DNA of 64,000 nucleotides from an uncultured Verrucomicrobiae bacterium (GTDB taxonomy: Bacteria > Verrucomicrobiota > Verrucomicrobiia > Limisphaerales > JAFGQR01), in the NCBI GenBank assembly GCA_963788655.1, contig CAWBHS010000060.1, positions 288,001-352,000 on the forward strand, given 5' to 3'. Under the pieces are notes generated by a model, which did not search any database, was not told the origin of the DNA, and was given only the letters and a program-made list of their open reading frames with translations. Numbering within the stretch: position 1 is the stretch's first letter; each line of letters opens with the position of its first letter. Position numbers and translations under genes: made by a program. Of this stretch, positions 1 through 8,953 are shown piece after piece.

Positions 1-456
1 TTCCAACGCCCCGCCCACGGAGGCCACGAACGGTTTGTCCACCCGAGCCAGACGCTCCAGCAACGGCCAGTCGCTAAAGGAACAACTGGCGATCTTCACG
101 TAATCGAACCCGTGCGCCTCGATCCGGTCCACGGATGGTTCGTCAAACGGCGTACACATGGTCTTGAATCCCTCGGTCTGGGCCGCGTCCTTCAACGCCC
201 GGAACTCATCGTCGGTCAGGCGGGTGCTCTGGAAACGATCCACCAGTTTGACGTCCTTGCGCTCGCGATAGGCGGGGTGGATGAAGGTGTCGAGATGGCG
301 GTACTGCAATTTGAAGGCGAACTCGAATTCGCCGGCCAGTTCCCGGGTCACCGCCGCGCATTCGCGCACGACCCGGAGTCCGTGGGCGAGTTCGCCCATG
401 TGGTTGTTGGCCAGCTCCAGGATAAAGAGCGGTTTAGAATGTCCGTTGGATTTCAT
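1..456 (-). CDS. N-acetylneuraminate synthase (NeuB/SpsE) family protein, cut by window edge
   Basis: Hand translation: MKSNGHSKPLFILELANNHMG...FKLQYR...MCTPFDEPSVD...VKIASCSFSDWPLLE. Its ATG overlaps the upstream stop (ATGA, 453-456). Confidence 0.88.
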   Translation of the reverse strand, partial: MKSNGHSKPLFILELANNHMGELAHGLRVVRECAAVTRELAGEFEFAFKLQYRHLDTFIHPAYRERKDVKLVDRFQSTRLTDDEFRALKDAAQTEGFKTMCTPFDEPSVDRIEAHGFDYVKIASCSFSDWPLLERLARVDKPFVASVGGALE

Positions 457-1565
457 GCAGCCACCGGGAGCAGGCCGGAGTGGTCCCGCCCAGTTTGGTA
501 GAATTGCAGGGTTCGTGCGACCGCACTGGCAAAAGGAATCCACACCTCCAGGCCCAGTTCCTGCCGGGCGCGGCGAATATCAGGCACGTAATTGGCAGCC
601 GCCGCGGACGGCTGGGCCTGCCCGCCCAGGACCACCGGGAGAGGGCGCACCGCCCGGGTGGCGACCGCTTCCGCCACGGCGCGAATGGACACGGCTTCGT
701 CGGAACCCACGTTGTACACCTGCGACGGACTGGCGCGCAGCAGCAGCGTCCACAGCCAGATCGCCAGGTCGGCCGCGTAGAGATAAGACCGCACCGCCGC
801 GCCATCGCTCTTCACCTCGATGACCGGCCGGTGCAACGCATCGTGAATGAAATTGCCGATGGCGTAATGCGCCTGCAAGGGCAGCCCCGGTCCCACGAAG
901 GCGAAGCCGCGCGCGATCTTGCACTCCATGGCATGCTGCTCCTGGAACATGGCGCCGAGCAATTCCATGAGCCGCTTGCCTTCCGCATACGCCGCAAAGG
1001 CCGATGCACACGCCGGCGCGCCGGAGAAGTCTTCCGTCAACGGACCCGTGGCCGGCGCGGCGGAGCCATAAACCGCGCCGGAGCTGAGCAGCAAGATACG
1101 CGTGACCGATTGCGCCGCCGCCCATTCGAGCACCCGGCGCGTGCCGCTGTACAAAGTATCGAGCACCCGCAACGGCGCGGTCCGGGCGCTCTGCGGCCCG
1201 GTTTCGGCCGCCGCGTGAATTACGAAGCCAATGCGGCCGGCCACACTCTCCGCCGCCGCTGCGGCCAGGTCGGCTGGATCAAAGCTGCGAACCTCACCAC
1301 GGACCAACTGGATGGCCGGATTGGCGGCCAGGTGGGGCGCGTGGGCGGCGAACTGTTCGGGATTGCGCGTCAATACCACCGCCTGCGCTTGCAAATCCAG
1401 CGCTTGGTTGGCATGCACGAAACCCTCCAACAACCAGCGGCCAATGAAGCCGGTGCCGCCGGTAATCAGCACGGATTCACGGCGCAACGCCGACCAAACG
1501 GCGCGGGTGTGGTCCAAGATATGGTCAAGGTCGGCTTCCGGCACGGGCGCCGCCTCACGGTTCAT
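453..1565 (-). CDS. NAD-dependent epimerase/dehydratase (extended SDR)
   Basis: ITGGTGFIG, SSGAVYG and YAEGK motifs. True start placed at MNREAAP, well inside the track ORF 453..2138. Confidence 0.88.
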   Translation of the reverse strand: MNREAAPVPEADLDHILDHTRAVWSALRRESVLITGGTGFIGRWLLEGFVHANQALDLQAQAVVLTRNPEQFAAHAPHLAANPAIQLVRGEVRSFDPADLAAAAAESVAGRIGFVIHAAAETGPQSARTAPLRVLDTLYSGTRRVLEWAAAQSVTRILLLSSGAVYGSAAPATGPLTEDFSGAPACASAFAAYAEGKRLMELLGAMFQEQHAMECKIARGFAFVGPGLPLQAHYAIGNFIHDALHRPVIEVKSDGAAVRSYLYAADLAIWLWTLLLRASPSQVYNVGSDEAVSIRAVAEAVATRAVRPLPVVLGGQAQPSAAAANYVPDIRRARQELGLEVWIPFASAVARTLQFYQTGRDHSGLLPVAA

Positions 1566-1877
1566 CACGTTCTGCATTCGCATCATGCTCCGTCGTTGGG
1601 ATCCCCTGCAACCAGCCGGCGCGTCGGTATTGATGGGCTTTGGCGGCGAGTTTTTCGGCCAAGGTCTGCAAGTCGCCGGGCTCAAAGCCGAACTGGCGGT
1701 AACCCGGCGTTTGGTCGTATGCATGCCGCACGGCCTTCCGAAGTTGGGCCAATTGATAGCGGGCGATTTGGTCGGCGCTCCAGTCATTCGCCTGTGCCAG
1801 GAAGTCGCGCCATTCACAATATAGTGGCGGTTGCGCAGATCCGCATGCAATGGGCGGGTGGGGAGGGAGGCCCTCAT
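1555..1877 (-). pseudogene. Relic of a phenylacetate-CoA ligase/CapK-like gene
   Basis: WRDFLAQANDWSADQIARYQLAQLRKAVRHAYDQTPGYR..GFEPGDLQTL resembles the CapK N-terminus. Only ~100 codons remain, with a frameshift near 1820. Confidence 0.6.
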
Positions 1878-2056
1878 GGTATCAATCCAGGAGCAAGGCG
1901 GGGGATTTGCCTCAGGTCTGTGCGCAGCCCGAGTGCGATTTGGGCTGTCAGGTGTCCCCCCAGCCTGGAGGAATGGTGGAAGTTGCACGGACGCCGGTCC
2001 CAGTAGTCCTGGACGGCCTGCACCGGGGTCTTGCTGAAGGGATTGCTGAACGTCAT
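1874..2056 (-). pseudogene. Relic of a class I SAM-dependent methyltransferase
   Basis: VQDYWDRRPCNFHHS resembles the N-terminus of polysaccharide-cluster methyltransferases. Only 60 aa, no SAM-binding motif. Confidence 0.5.
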
Positions 2057-3196
2057 ACCGCGAGGGCTTCCGCCGGGTCTTGCCGCGCGAGGCCCTCGTA
2101 GTGCTCGTAGGTCTTGCGCACGGTGGTTTCGAAATCAATCCAGAACGTCCAGGCCCAGTTCGCGCCGGGCGCGGCTGATGTCGGGCACGTAGTAGGACGC
2201 GCGCTCGCGTTCAATGGGCGTCGGGGACACGATCTCCGGCGAGGGCCAGGGCTGGGCACTCAACCGGCCCACCTGGGCGGCGATGGCGGGCATCGAGACG
2301 GCTTCGTCGGAACCGACGTTATAGACCGACGAGGGACTGTCGCGCAGGAGGATCGTCCACAGCCAGATGGCGAAGTCGGCCAGGTATAGATAGGAACCCA
2401 CGGAAGGAACGGGAGCCGGCCGGGAAGCCGCAGGCCCGGCCAAGGCCTGCTGCAACAGGTACCCGAGGGGGTCCGACACCCGCAACAGCATGCCTGGACC
2501 GGCGACGCCAAAACAGCGGGCGACTTTGCAGTCCAGTTCATATTCCTTATGAAAGATCGCCCCCAGCAGTTCCATCACCCGCTTGCCTTCGGCAAAGACG
2601 TTCCCGGGGAGATCGCAGCCGGGCGCGCATCGCGCGTCTTCGGCCAGTGGCGCGGTGCCGGGCAGGCCGGCCCCGTAAATCGCCCCCGAGCCGAGGAGCA
2701 GCACCCGCAGGGCGGATTGGGTGACGGCCCATTCGAGCACGCGGCGGGTGCCGGAGTGCAACACGTCGAGATCGCGTAACGCCATGGGGCAGGGCGACTG
2801 CGGTTCTGCGGCATGGACCACAAAGCGAATGTCCCCGGGAAGCTGGCCCGCGAGCTGGCTCAGATCGTCAGGATCGAATTGGCGAACGTCACCGCGAAGG
2901 AGTAGGAGGGCGGGATTGGTGGCGAGGTGGGGGGCGCGGGCGGCGAAGTGCTCGGGCCGCCGGGTCAGCACCACCGCGCGCGCCTGAAGATCCAGGGCCT
3001 GGTTGGCGTGACAGAAGCTCTCCAGGAGCCAGCGTCCAAGGAAGCCGGTGCCGCCGGTGATAAAGAGCGTCTCGCGGCGCAGGCTGGACCACAGGTCACG
3101 GGTGTGGTCGAGCACATGTTCGAGATCAGCGCGTGGGAGCGGGTTCATTGCCATATTCATACGGTTTGCATCCTGCAGTACTTCGTGGTCATTCAT
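2053..3196 (-). CDS. Second NAD-dependent epimerase/dehydratase paralog, frameshift near 2145
   Basis: ITGGTGFLG motif and close similarity to 453..1565. The C-terminus WIDFETTVRKT continues in another frame to 2053. Confidence 0.82.
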
Positions 3197-3345
3197 TCCA
3201 TTTCATCGCGACCGCGCCCCTACGTTCCTGCGCTTCCCGGTTCCGGCGAACTTTCCCCGGTCAGAATCCGTGAAATTCAGCCTCCACGGTTGCCGGCGCC
3301 GGCAGCGCGCGTGACGGACGCCCCGGCCGTCCCGACCGAGAAACG

Positions 3346-4149
3346 TTATTGCAGCAACCGCAGCACGCTTTGCGGCAAGGCGTTGGCTTGCGCCAGCATC
3401 GCCGTACCCGATTGCACCAGGATGTTGTAGCGGGCGTATTGCGTGGCTTCGTCGGCCACGTTGACATCCTGAATGCGCGAACTGGCCGCAGTGAGGTTCT
3501 CTTTGCTGATGGTCAATTGGTCAGACGTAAAATTCAACCGGGCCTGGAAGGCGCCAATGGTGGCGCGGTCGGCCGCCAGTTGGGCGATGGCGGTCTTCAC
3601 CGTGTTCAGCGCCGCCAGGGCCAAGGTGGTCGTGGTCACGCCGGCACTGGTCGCGTCCGTGTAGGCCTGGGAGCTCATATTGACTCCCCCCATTTGAAAG
3701 GTATTGCCTTCGGAGTCGAGAGTCACGTTGAGGGTGTTGGCCGAGAACAGGCTGACGCCGTTGAAATCCTTGGTGGCGGTGTTGAGAATATACGCCGACA
3801 ACTGGGTAAATTCCGTGTTGTAGAGATCCCGATCCGAATCGCCCTTGGTCACGTCCTGCGCCAGCAGGCTCAGTTCGCTCATGCGATCCAGGGCACTGGC
3901 GATTTTCTTCAAATAACCGTCCTGGGTTTGCGTGAACGAGATCGCGTTGACGACGTTGGTCTTGGCGGCCTCCGTGCGTTTGACCTGGCTGTCCAGTCGG
4001 GAAGCAACCGCCAAGCCGGCGGCGTCGTCCGAGGGATTGATGATCTTGGAGCCAGAACTCAGGCGGCCGAGCGATTTGGCCAACATGTCCTGGCTGGTTT
4101 GCAGGTTGGTGGCGGCGGCAAGCGCCTGAATGTTTGTATTGATAACCAT
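3346..4149 (-). CDS. fliC: Flagellin (short, 267 aa)
   Basis: MVINTN..RLSSGSKI..PSDDAAGLAVA N-terminus and SRIQDVNVA..MLAQANALPQSVLRLLQ C-terminus. Confidence 0.96.
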   Translation of the reverse strand: MVINTNIQALAAATNLQTSQDMLAKSLGRLSSGSKIINPSDDAAGLAVASRLDSQVKRTEAAKTNVVNAISFTQTQDGYLKKIASALDRMSELSLLAQDVTKGDSDRDLYNTEFTQLSAYILNTATKDFNGVSLFSANTLNVTLDSEGNTFQMGGVNMSSQAYTDATSAGVTTTTLALAALNTVKTAIAQLAADRATIGAFQARLNFTSDQLTISKENLTAASSRIQDVNVADEATQYARYNILVQSGTAMLAQANALPQSVLRLLQ

Positions 4150-4172
4150 ACGTTACGAGGGGGTTCTGTTTT

Positions 4173-4207
4173 TGTCGGCGGACCTGCGTCCATGAGGTGG
4201 TCCGACA
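4173..4207 (-). promoter_or_regulatory. Putative CsrA-binding hairpin in the flagellin leader
   Basis: Minus strand TGTCGG-ACCACCT-CATGGACGC-AGGT-CCG-CCGACA gives a stem with AUGGA near the apex, ~25-60 nt before the fliC ATG. Confidence 0.55.
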
Positions 4208-4232
4208 CCGGTTCAGGTCCTAATCAAAGTCA

Positions 4233-4454
4233 TCAGGTTTCGTCAGTCAGTTTGGGGACGGCCCGGCGCTGGTCGGCGGCCGCCGCCTGGTTGTTCTTTT
4301 GAATTTCGTCGTACACCTCCTGGCGATGTACCGGCACGGAGGTGGGCGCCTGGATGCCCAGTTTCACCACGTCGCCGTCCAAGCGGACAATCTTCACGGT
4401 GATCCGTCCGTCAATAACGATGTTTTGATTAATTTTGCGCGCAAGGACGAGCAT
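4233..4454 (-). CDS. csrA: Carbon storage regulator CsrA
   Basis: MLVLARKINQNIVI...VKLGIQAP..VPVHRQEVY. Confidence 0.95.
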   Translation of the reverse strand: MLVLARKINQNIVIDGRITVKIVRLDGDVVKLGIQAPTSVPVHRQEVYDEIQKNNQAAAADQRRAVPKLTDET

Positions 4455-4480
4455 AGGAAGGGGCAGTGGGGCAGCATGGT

Positions 4481-4936
4481 TTACGACTTCGCCACCGGCA
4501 ATGGGTGCTGCAAGGCGTACTCCGCCGAGTTGAGCGGCACGACTTGCTTGCCCGCCAGCGTGTGACGGTTGATGACGATGGGGCCTTTGAGATTCACCGT
4601 GGCGCTGCCGTCCTTGTGCATCGTCACAATGTTGAACACCATGGCCTCCTGCGGATTGGTCAGGCCGATGCTGGCGGCATCGTCGGTACTGATGTCCGGA
4701 TGGTAATCATCGACCACCATCACCGGCGAAATCAGCAGGAACGCCATCTTGGGTTCCTCGGCCATTTGCAGCCACAGGAAAGGCGCCTCTTCCGGGCTAC
4801 CCAACAGTTGATACTTCTTGGCGGCCTCAAAGCCCAAGAGTCCTTCGGCAAAATGAACGACGCCCTGGGTGGGATCGGTCTGACCTTCGACCGGTCGCGG
4901 TTCGCACTCCATTACACTTGTTTCTGCGCATTTCAT
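4481..4936 (-). CDS. fliW: Flagellar assembly factor FliW
   Basis: FAEGLLGFE, PFLWLQ, TVNLKGPIVIN..GKQVV motifs. Adjacent to csrA and fliC. Confidence 0.93.
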   Translation of the reverse strand: MKCAETSVMECEPRPVEGQTDPTQGVVHFAEGLLGFEAAKKYQLLGSPEEAPFLWLQMAEEPKMAFLLISPVMVVDDYHPDISTDDAASIGLTNPQEAMVFNIVTMHKDGSATVNLKGPIVINRHTLAGKQVVPLNSAEYALQHPLPVAKS

Positions 4937-4966
4937 ATTATCTATGTCCGTTCGAAGGCAACTTTT

Positions 4967-4982
4967 AGCAGAGGGTGTGCCA
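4967..4982 (-). promoter_or_regulatory. Putative sigma-54 (-24/-12) promoter of fliW-csrA-fliC
   Basis: Minus strand TGGCACACCCTCTGCT has GG-N10-GC spacing, ~30 nt upstream of the fliW ATG. Confidence 0.6.
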
Positions 4983-5286
4983 CGGGGAAAAAACCCGCTC
5001 ATTTCCGGCATATAACCGCCCCAAGGCGGAAAAAGACGCATCGACACCCGGCCACTGAGTGCAAAAAGTCCCTCGGGCCGGTCGGAACGGAAATTTTATC
5101 CAAAACACTAGGAGTTATTTTCCTGACCGCGTGGTGCCATGGAAGAGTTTGCTTGCGAAGTCAGGAATCTGCCGTCGCGTCCAAGCCGAAGTCGCCGACT
5201 TGAGGAAGCGGAGCACCTCTGGTCGCGTCGGAACCGCCGCCTCATGTCAGCGGTTGCAGATACAGTTTACGGGTGAAGCACCCGGA

Positions 5287-5745
5287 TCAACGCGAAATGT
5301 CCGACTGTTTCAACAGCCGAAACTGATGCCGCGTGAGAACCTGCGTGGCCATCTCGTCATCTTCCAACTGGAGCGCCAAGAGCGATTTGCCATGCGGATG
5401 GGGAATGAAGGAATAGAGGTAATTGATATTGATCTCGGCTTCCAGCAAGGCCGCCATCAGCCGGGGCAGGTCGGTGGCAGCATCCATTTCGACGACCAGC
5501 AGACTGTTCTCGGTAAAGGCGAAGTCCTGATCCTTAAACAAGCGGCGCGCCTGATCCGGATCGTCCACCACCAACCGAATGATCGCATTGTCCGTGGTGT
5601 CCAGGACCGTCAACGCCAACACGTGAACAGCCCGCGAATTCAACAATCCCACCAGCTCGTTCAGCCGCCCCAGTCGATTGGCGGTGAAGACTGAAAACTG
5701 GACCACAGGGTCCGCCCGTCGGCCTTGCATGGTTCGTTCTACCAT
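5287..5745 (-). CDS. Tandem ACT domain protein
   Basis: QFSVFTANRLGRL...IRLVVDDPD and LLEAEININYLYSF, two ACT-like units. Confidence 0.85.
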   Translation of the reverse strand: MVERTMQGRRADPVVQFSVFTANRLGRLNELVGLLNSRAVHVLALTVLDTTDNAIIRLVVDDPDQARRLFKDQDFAFTENSLLVVEMDAATDLPRLMAALLEAEININYLYSFIPHPHGKSLLALQLEDDEMATQVLTRHQFRLLKQSDISR

Positions 5746-5856
5746 CAAGGTAATAAACCACAAACGACCCGCTAATGCATCACTTTTTGACGCGGACCTG
5801 ACCAAGGAAGCGGGGGCCGTCGCTCGCGCGAATCACCGTTGAAGAAGGCCCAAGGT

Positions 5857-6025
5857 CCAATGACCAATGACCAGAGAAGGCCCAAAAACCAAGCCCGAAT
5901 TCAACTTCCGACCGGCTCCCGATACGCCGCCGGGTCTTCTCACATGTATTCTCACCACTCAAGCGGCCCGACCACCACCCACTTGGTCATTGCGTCTTGG
6001 TCATTCTCTGGACATTGGACATTGG
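5857..6025. repeat. Inverted-repeat element built of heptamer units
   Basis: CCAATGACCAATGACCAGAGAA (5857-5878) matches the reverse complement of 6004-6025 at 20/22 positions. Confidence 0.75.
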
Positions 6026-6042
6026 GCATTGAGCATTAACCG

Positions 6043-7011
6043 TTAGCGCAGTTCCGGCAGAGGAATTTGAACAAACACCTCCCACTGTTTTTCAAGCACC
6101 GACGCTTCCGGTTTGCCGGCATGGACGTACAGGCCATACCGCAACCGAAGCGATTCCCTGGCCTTCAACACCCGCGGTGCCTCGTGCGTCAACGACGCGC
6201 CCATCCAACCATCATCGCGAACGTGGAAGACCGTGGGATGATTCGCGTTGCCCGGATGATCCATCAAGGTGATGCCTTCCGTAGCCTCACTCGTGATGGG
6301 CCCGGAATAGTCCACCCACCGGGCACGTTTCCAAAAACAACCGGCCTCGTTGACGCCACCTTCGGAATTGCGAATCGTGCCGCCGCCGTCATGCACGCCA
6401 ATGGTCTTGGCCATCCGCACTCCGATCAAGCCAAAGGGCGTTTTGCCCAGCGTGACCTCCCCGTCCTTGGCATCCAGGCGGAGATCGATCAACAGCATCC
6501 ATTCGCCATCGCGCAGCCAACGGGCCGAGGTTTGGCGAACTTCCTGCAAAAGCACCTTGCCCTCGTCCGTGGTCCAGGCATTGCGCGATCGCACCAACGC
6601 TTCTTCCGGACCATCTTCCAACCGCTCGATCCGCTGATGGATAATCCGGCCCTTGCCCTTGTCACCCCAAAAACTGATGCCGTTCACGTCATGGTGCGAA
6701 ATCCACACCGAGTTGTGATGACTGTGCGTCTCCGGATCATGCGGATGCCCCATCCGCGTCAACGAACGACCGGATGGCCCAATCACGGGAAACACAAACG
6801 GGCGTCGCAGGTCGGGTCCAAAATAATACCGGGCCAATTCCGCGCCGCGGTGCTGAAACGAAACCTGCTGATACGGCAGCGGAATGACCTGCATGTCGGG
6901 CACCGGTTTGGGCGGGGGCGGCTTCGGAGTGGAGGCCGCATAACCCGAACCGGCCACCGACAAAACCACGCTGCAAAGAAATCCGATTGGTTTCAGAAAA
7001 GTCGTTTTCAT
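6043..7011 (-). CDS. Secreted PmoA-like/DUF6807 family protein
   Basis: Signal peptide, RPFVFPV, HSHHNSVWISHHDVNG..FW, WVDYSG, DHPGN motifs. Confidence 0.75.
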   Translation of the reverse strand: MKTTFLKPIGFLCSVVLSVAGSGYAASTPKPPPPKPVPDMQVIPLPYQQVSFQHRGAELARYYFGPDLRRPFVFPVIGPSGRSLTRMGHPHDPETHSHHNSVWISHHDVNGISFWGDKGKGRIIHQRIERLEDGPEEALVRSRNAWTTDEGKVLLQEVRQTSARWLRDGEWMLLIDLRLDAKDGEVTLGKTPFGLIGVRMAKTIGVHDGGGTIRNSEGGVNEAGCFWKRARWVDYSGPITSEATEGITLMDHPGNANHPTVFHVRDDGWMGASLTHEAPRVLKARESLRLRYGLYVHAGKPEASVLEKQWEVFVQIPLPELR

Positions 7012-7142
7012 GGTGTTCTGCTTGCGAGATGACTACCTGCTTGCGCGAATCAATTCAATCTCAAGCAATGGGAAGCACCGGCACCCATGGTGGGAACCTT
7101 CCTCGGAGTTCCGGATAATCTGATTGAATGCTCATTGGCATT

Positions 7143-7331
7143 GATGGCGGCATGTCAGATGTACCTCGTAGATATCGGCTACATCCTCAACCACCCGCCC
7201 GCCGGCAAGAAGCCAGCCGCTCGAAACGCCGATCTTCCGGCAACTCATTTCCGGCAAGATCAGCGACCACACCCGCGTCAGGGGTGAATTCAAGACAGGG
7301 AATGGTCTTCGTGACAAAGGCGGCGAAGAAC
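7143..7331 (+). pseudogene. Fused relics, copy A: 3' end of a TolB-like gene joined to a clpB 3' end
   Basis: QMYLVDIGYILNHPPAGK followed by LETPIFRQLISGKISDHTRVRGEFKTG. Homologous to 8527-8620/10347-10442 and to 8091-8191/10635-10751. Confidence 0.7.
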
Positions 7332-7362
7332 AAGGAACAGCGCGTTCCGCCTTCTTCCGAAA

Positions 7363-7608
7363 TCAAAGCACGGGCAATTCGTCGCCCGGCAGCGGTGGCA
7401 CGTCCGGCGCTTTCGACAATACCGCAAGAAACTTCTCCCGACTTCCACGCTTAGCCCGCTCAGCGATGACTCTCTCGGTTTGCCATGCTCCCATCGCCTG
7501 CGCCAGTGCGAGGGAGAGCAACCGCTCTACCGGCACCTTTTCACGCTCCGCCATCGCGACCGCTTGTTTGTAGATCGCATCGGGCACTTCTGTTTGCATC
7601 GTTGTCAT
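7363..7608 (-). CDS. Antitoxin (RHH/HicB-like) of the PIN toxin
   Basis: MTTMQTEVPDAIYKQA...RAKRGSREKFLAVLSKAPDVPPLPGDEL. Start overlaps the toxin stop. Confidence 0.8.
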   Translation of the reverse strand: MTTMQTEVPDAIYKQAVAMAEREKVPVERLLSLALAQAMGAWQTERVIAERAKRGSREKFLAVLSKAPDVPPLPGDELPVL

Positions 7609-8036
7609 GTCAGCGTTCTCAGTTTCGTCAGGAACTCCGCCGGACTCAAGGGCACAATACCAAACTGCTTCGCCTCTGTAAAATGTCGCCGGTTGTGTGT
7701 AATGATATGTGCGGCCCCACACGCCACGGCCAATTCCAGAACCAAATCATCATCCGGGTCCGGCAACACTGGCCGCCAGCGGAAGTAAATGGGCTGCTCG
7801 ACACCCACCGCGCAGAGGTAGTCCAGGAAATCCTCACAGTCCTGCCACGAATAGCCCAGCGGCCGACCTTCCCGGTGAACAATCTCGGTGTATTCCGCCA
7901 TCAGCGACACGGACAAGTTCACCTGCCAGCGAGGGTCCGCTCCCAGGCCCTGCAGCAGCGCCGCCGATCCCCCATTGCGCGAACGCAACGCGGCGATCAG
8001 AACATTCGTGTCGATTACGATCTGGAGCGGCGTCAT
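7605..8036 (-). CDS. PIN-domain toxin
   Basis: IVIDTNVLIAALRS, DPDDDLVLELAVA, IITHNRRHF. Confidence 0.9.
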   Translation of the reverse strand: MTPLQIVIDTNVLIAALRSRNGGSAALLQGLGADPRWQVNLSVSLMAEYTEIVHREGRPLGYSWQDCEDFLDYLCAVGVEQPIYFRWRPVLPDPDDDLVLELAVACGAAHIITHNRRHFTEAKQFGIVPLSPAEFLTKLRTLT

Positions 8037-8090
8037 TGGCAACTAGCGTAGCACCCGATGTCAAACGCCTTCAAGCAACGATTCCCGCGT

Positions 8091-8191
8091 TCCCGCCAAC
8101 TCATCTCCGGCGAGATCACGGACAACACCTGCATGACCGTGGAGTTCAGGAAAGGCTAACGGTTTTCGAGGCGATAGCGCACAAGAAGTAG
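8091..8191 (+). pseudogene. clpB 3'-end relic, copy B
   Basis: SRQLISGEITDNTCMTVEFRKG..FEAIAHKK* parallels the end of the 10467..10751 relic. Confidence 0.65.
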
Positions 8192-8289
8192 AACGGGGCG
8201 TTCGGACTATCTGTTGACACCCACCAATCGCAACCGCATTCTTTCCATGAGAATGACGTTCACATTGCCTGACGATCTGGCGCGGCAGG

Positions 8290-8650
8290 GTAATTTGGGA
8301 GCAAAGCCTACAGTATGAAAGGCGACGGCACGAATATCCGTTTCTTTTACGACGATCCGAGCCACTACGGCTGGCGCGACAAGCTGACCCTCGTTGAAGG
8401 CAAGAGCTGGTGTAACGTCAACGACGATGGGAGCGGGAAGCAGCACCATCTTCCCGGCAACACTATACTCAATCGCGATCCGACTTGGATCGGCCTGGAC
8501 TGGCTTCTGGCCGCGACGGCCGCCTCGTGTGCTGGGATTCATCGGTCAACGGCGGCCGTCAGATGTACATCGCGGATATTGGCTACATCCTGGACCACCC
8601 GCTAACCGGCAAGATCCAGCCGCACCTTAAACACGCTCCCGCACCATGAT
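8290..8650 (+). pseudogene. Internally deleted relic of a TolB-like/beta-propeller gene
   Basis: GTNIRFFYDDPSHYGWRD...[12 protein letters not shown] jumps to [25 protein letters not shown]. Confidence 0.55.
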
Positions 8651-8723
8651 TTGGATCGCCTCATCGGACAAAGACGCCGACAACGCCAATTACCTTTGGA
8701 TTCAGCTCTTCCACTCCACGCTC
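8646..8723 (+). pseudogene. Type I R-M hsdM relic, N-terminus fused to an internal motif
   Basis: [13 protein letters not shown] joined to ANYLWIQLFHSTL, two motifs recalled as lying far apart in HsdM. Confidence 0.55.
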
Positions 8724-8953
8724 ATTAGAAAGGGACCGGATGGATTGAGACTGGTCAAAGGTCCGCGCACCGCGAATACTCTCTGAAAATGCCTAGTCGC
8801 CGTTCATTCAAGACAGACGAGAGCTTTCTCGAAAAGCTCGCCATCGGTGCTATCGGCGCCCGCGCCGTCTTTGCCGACCTCCAACGGCAAGGCCACAAAC
8901 CCATCGAACTGGAACGCGGCTCGATGGACTACAAGCATCCCAAGAATACTGAC

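Noticed and set aside
4937..4967. Sigma-28 promoter for the flagellin operon
   Set aside because: TAAA is present but there is no GCCGATAA-like -10 at the right spacing. The sigma-54 match is better.
6043..7011. Particulate methane monooxygenase subunit
   Set aside because: This is a soluble signal-peptide protein of the misleadingly named PmoA-like family. It has no multi-TM topology and no pmoB/pmoC.
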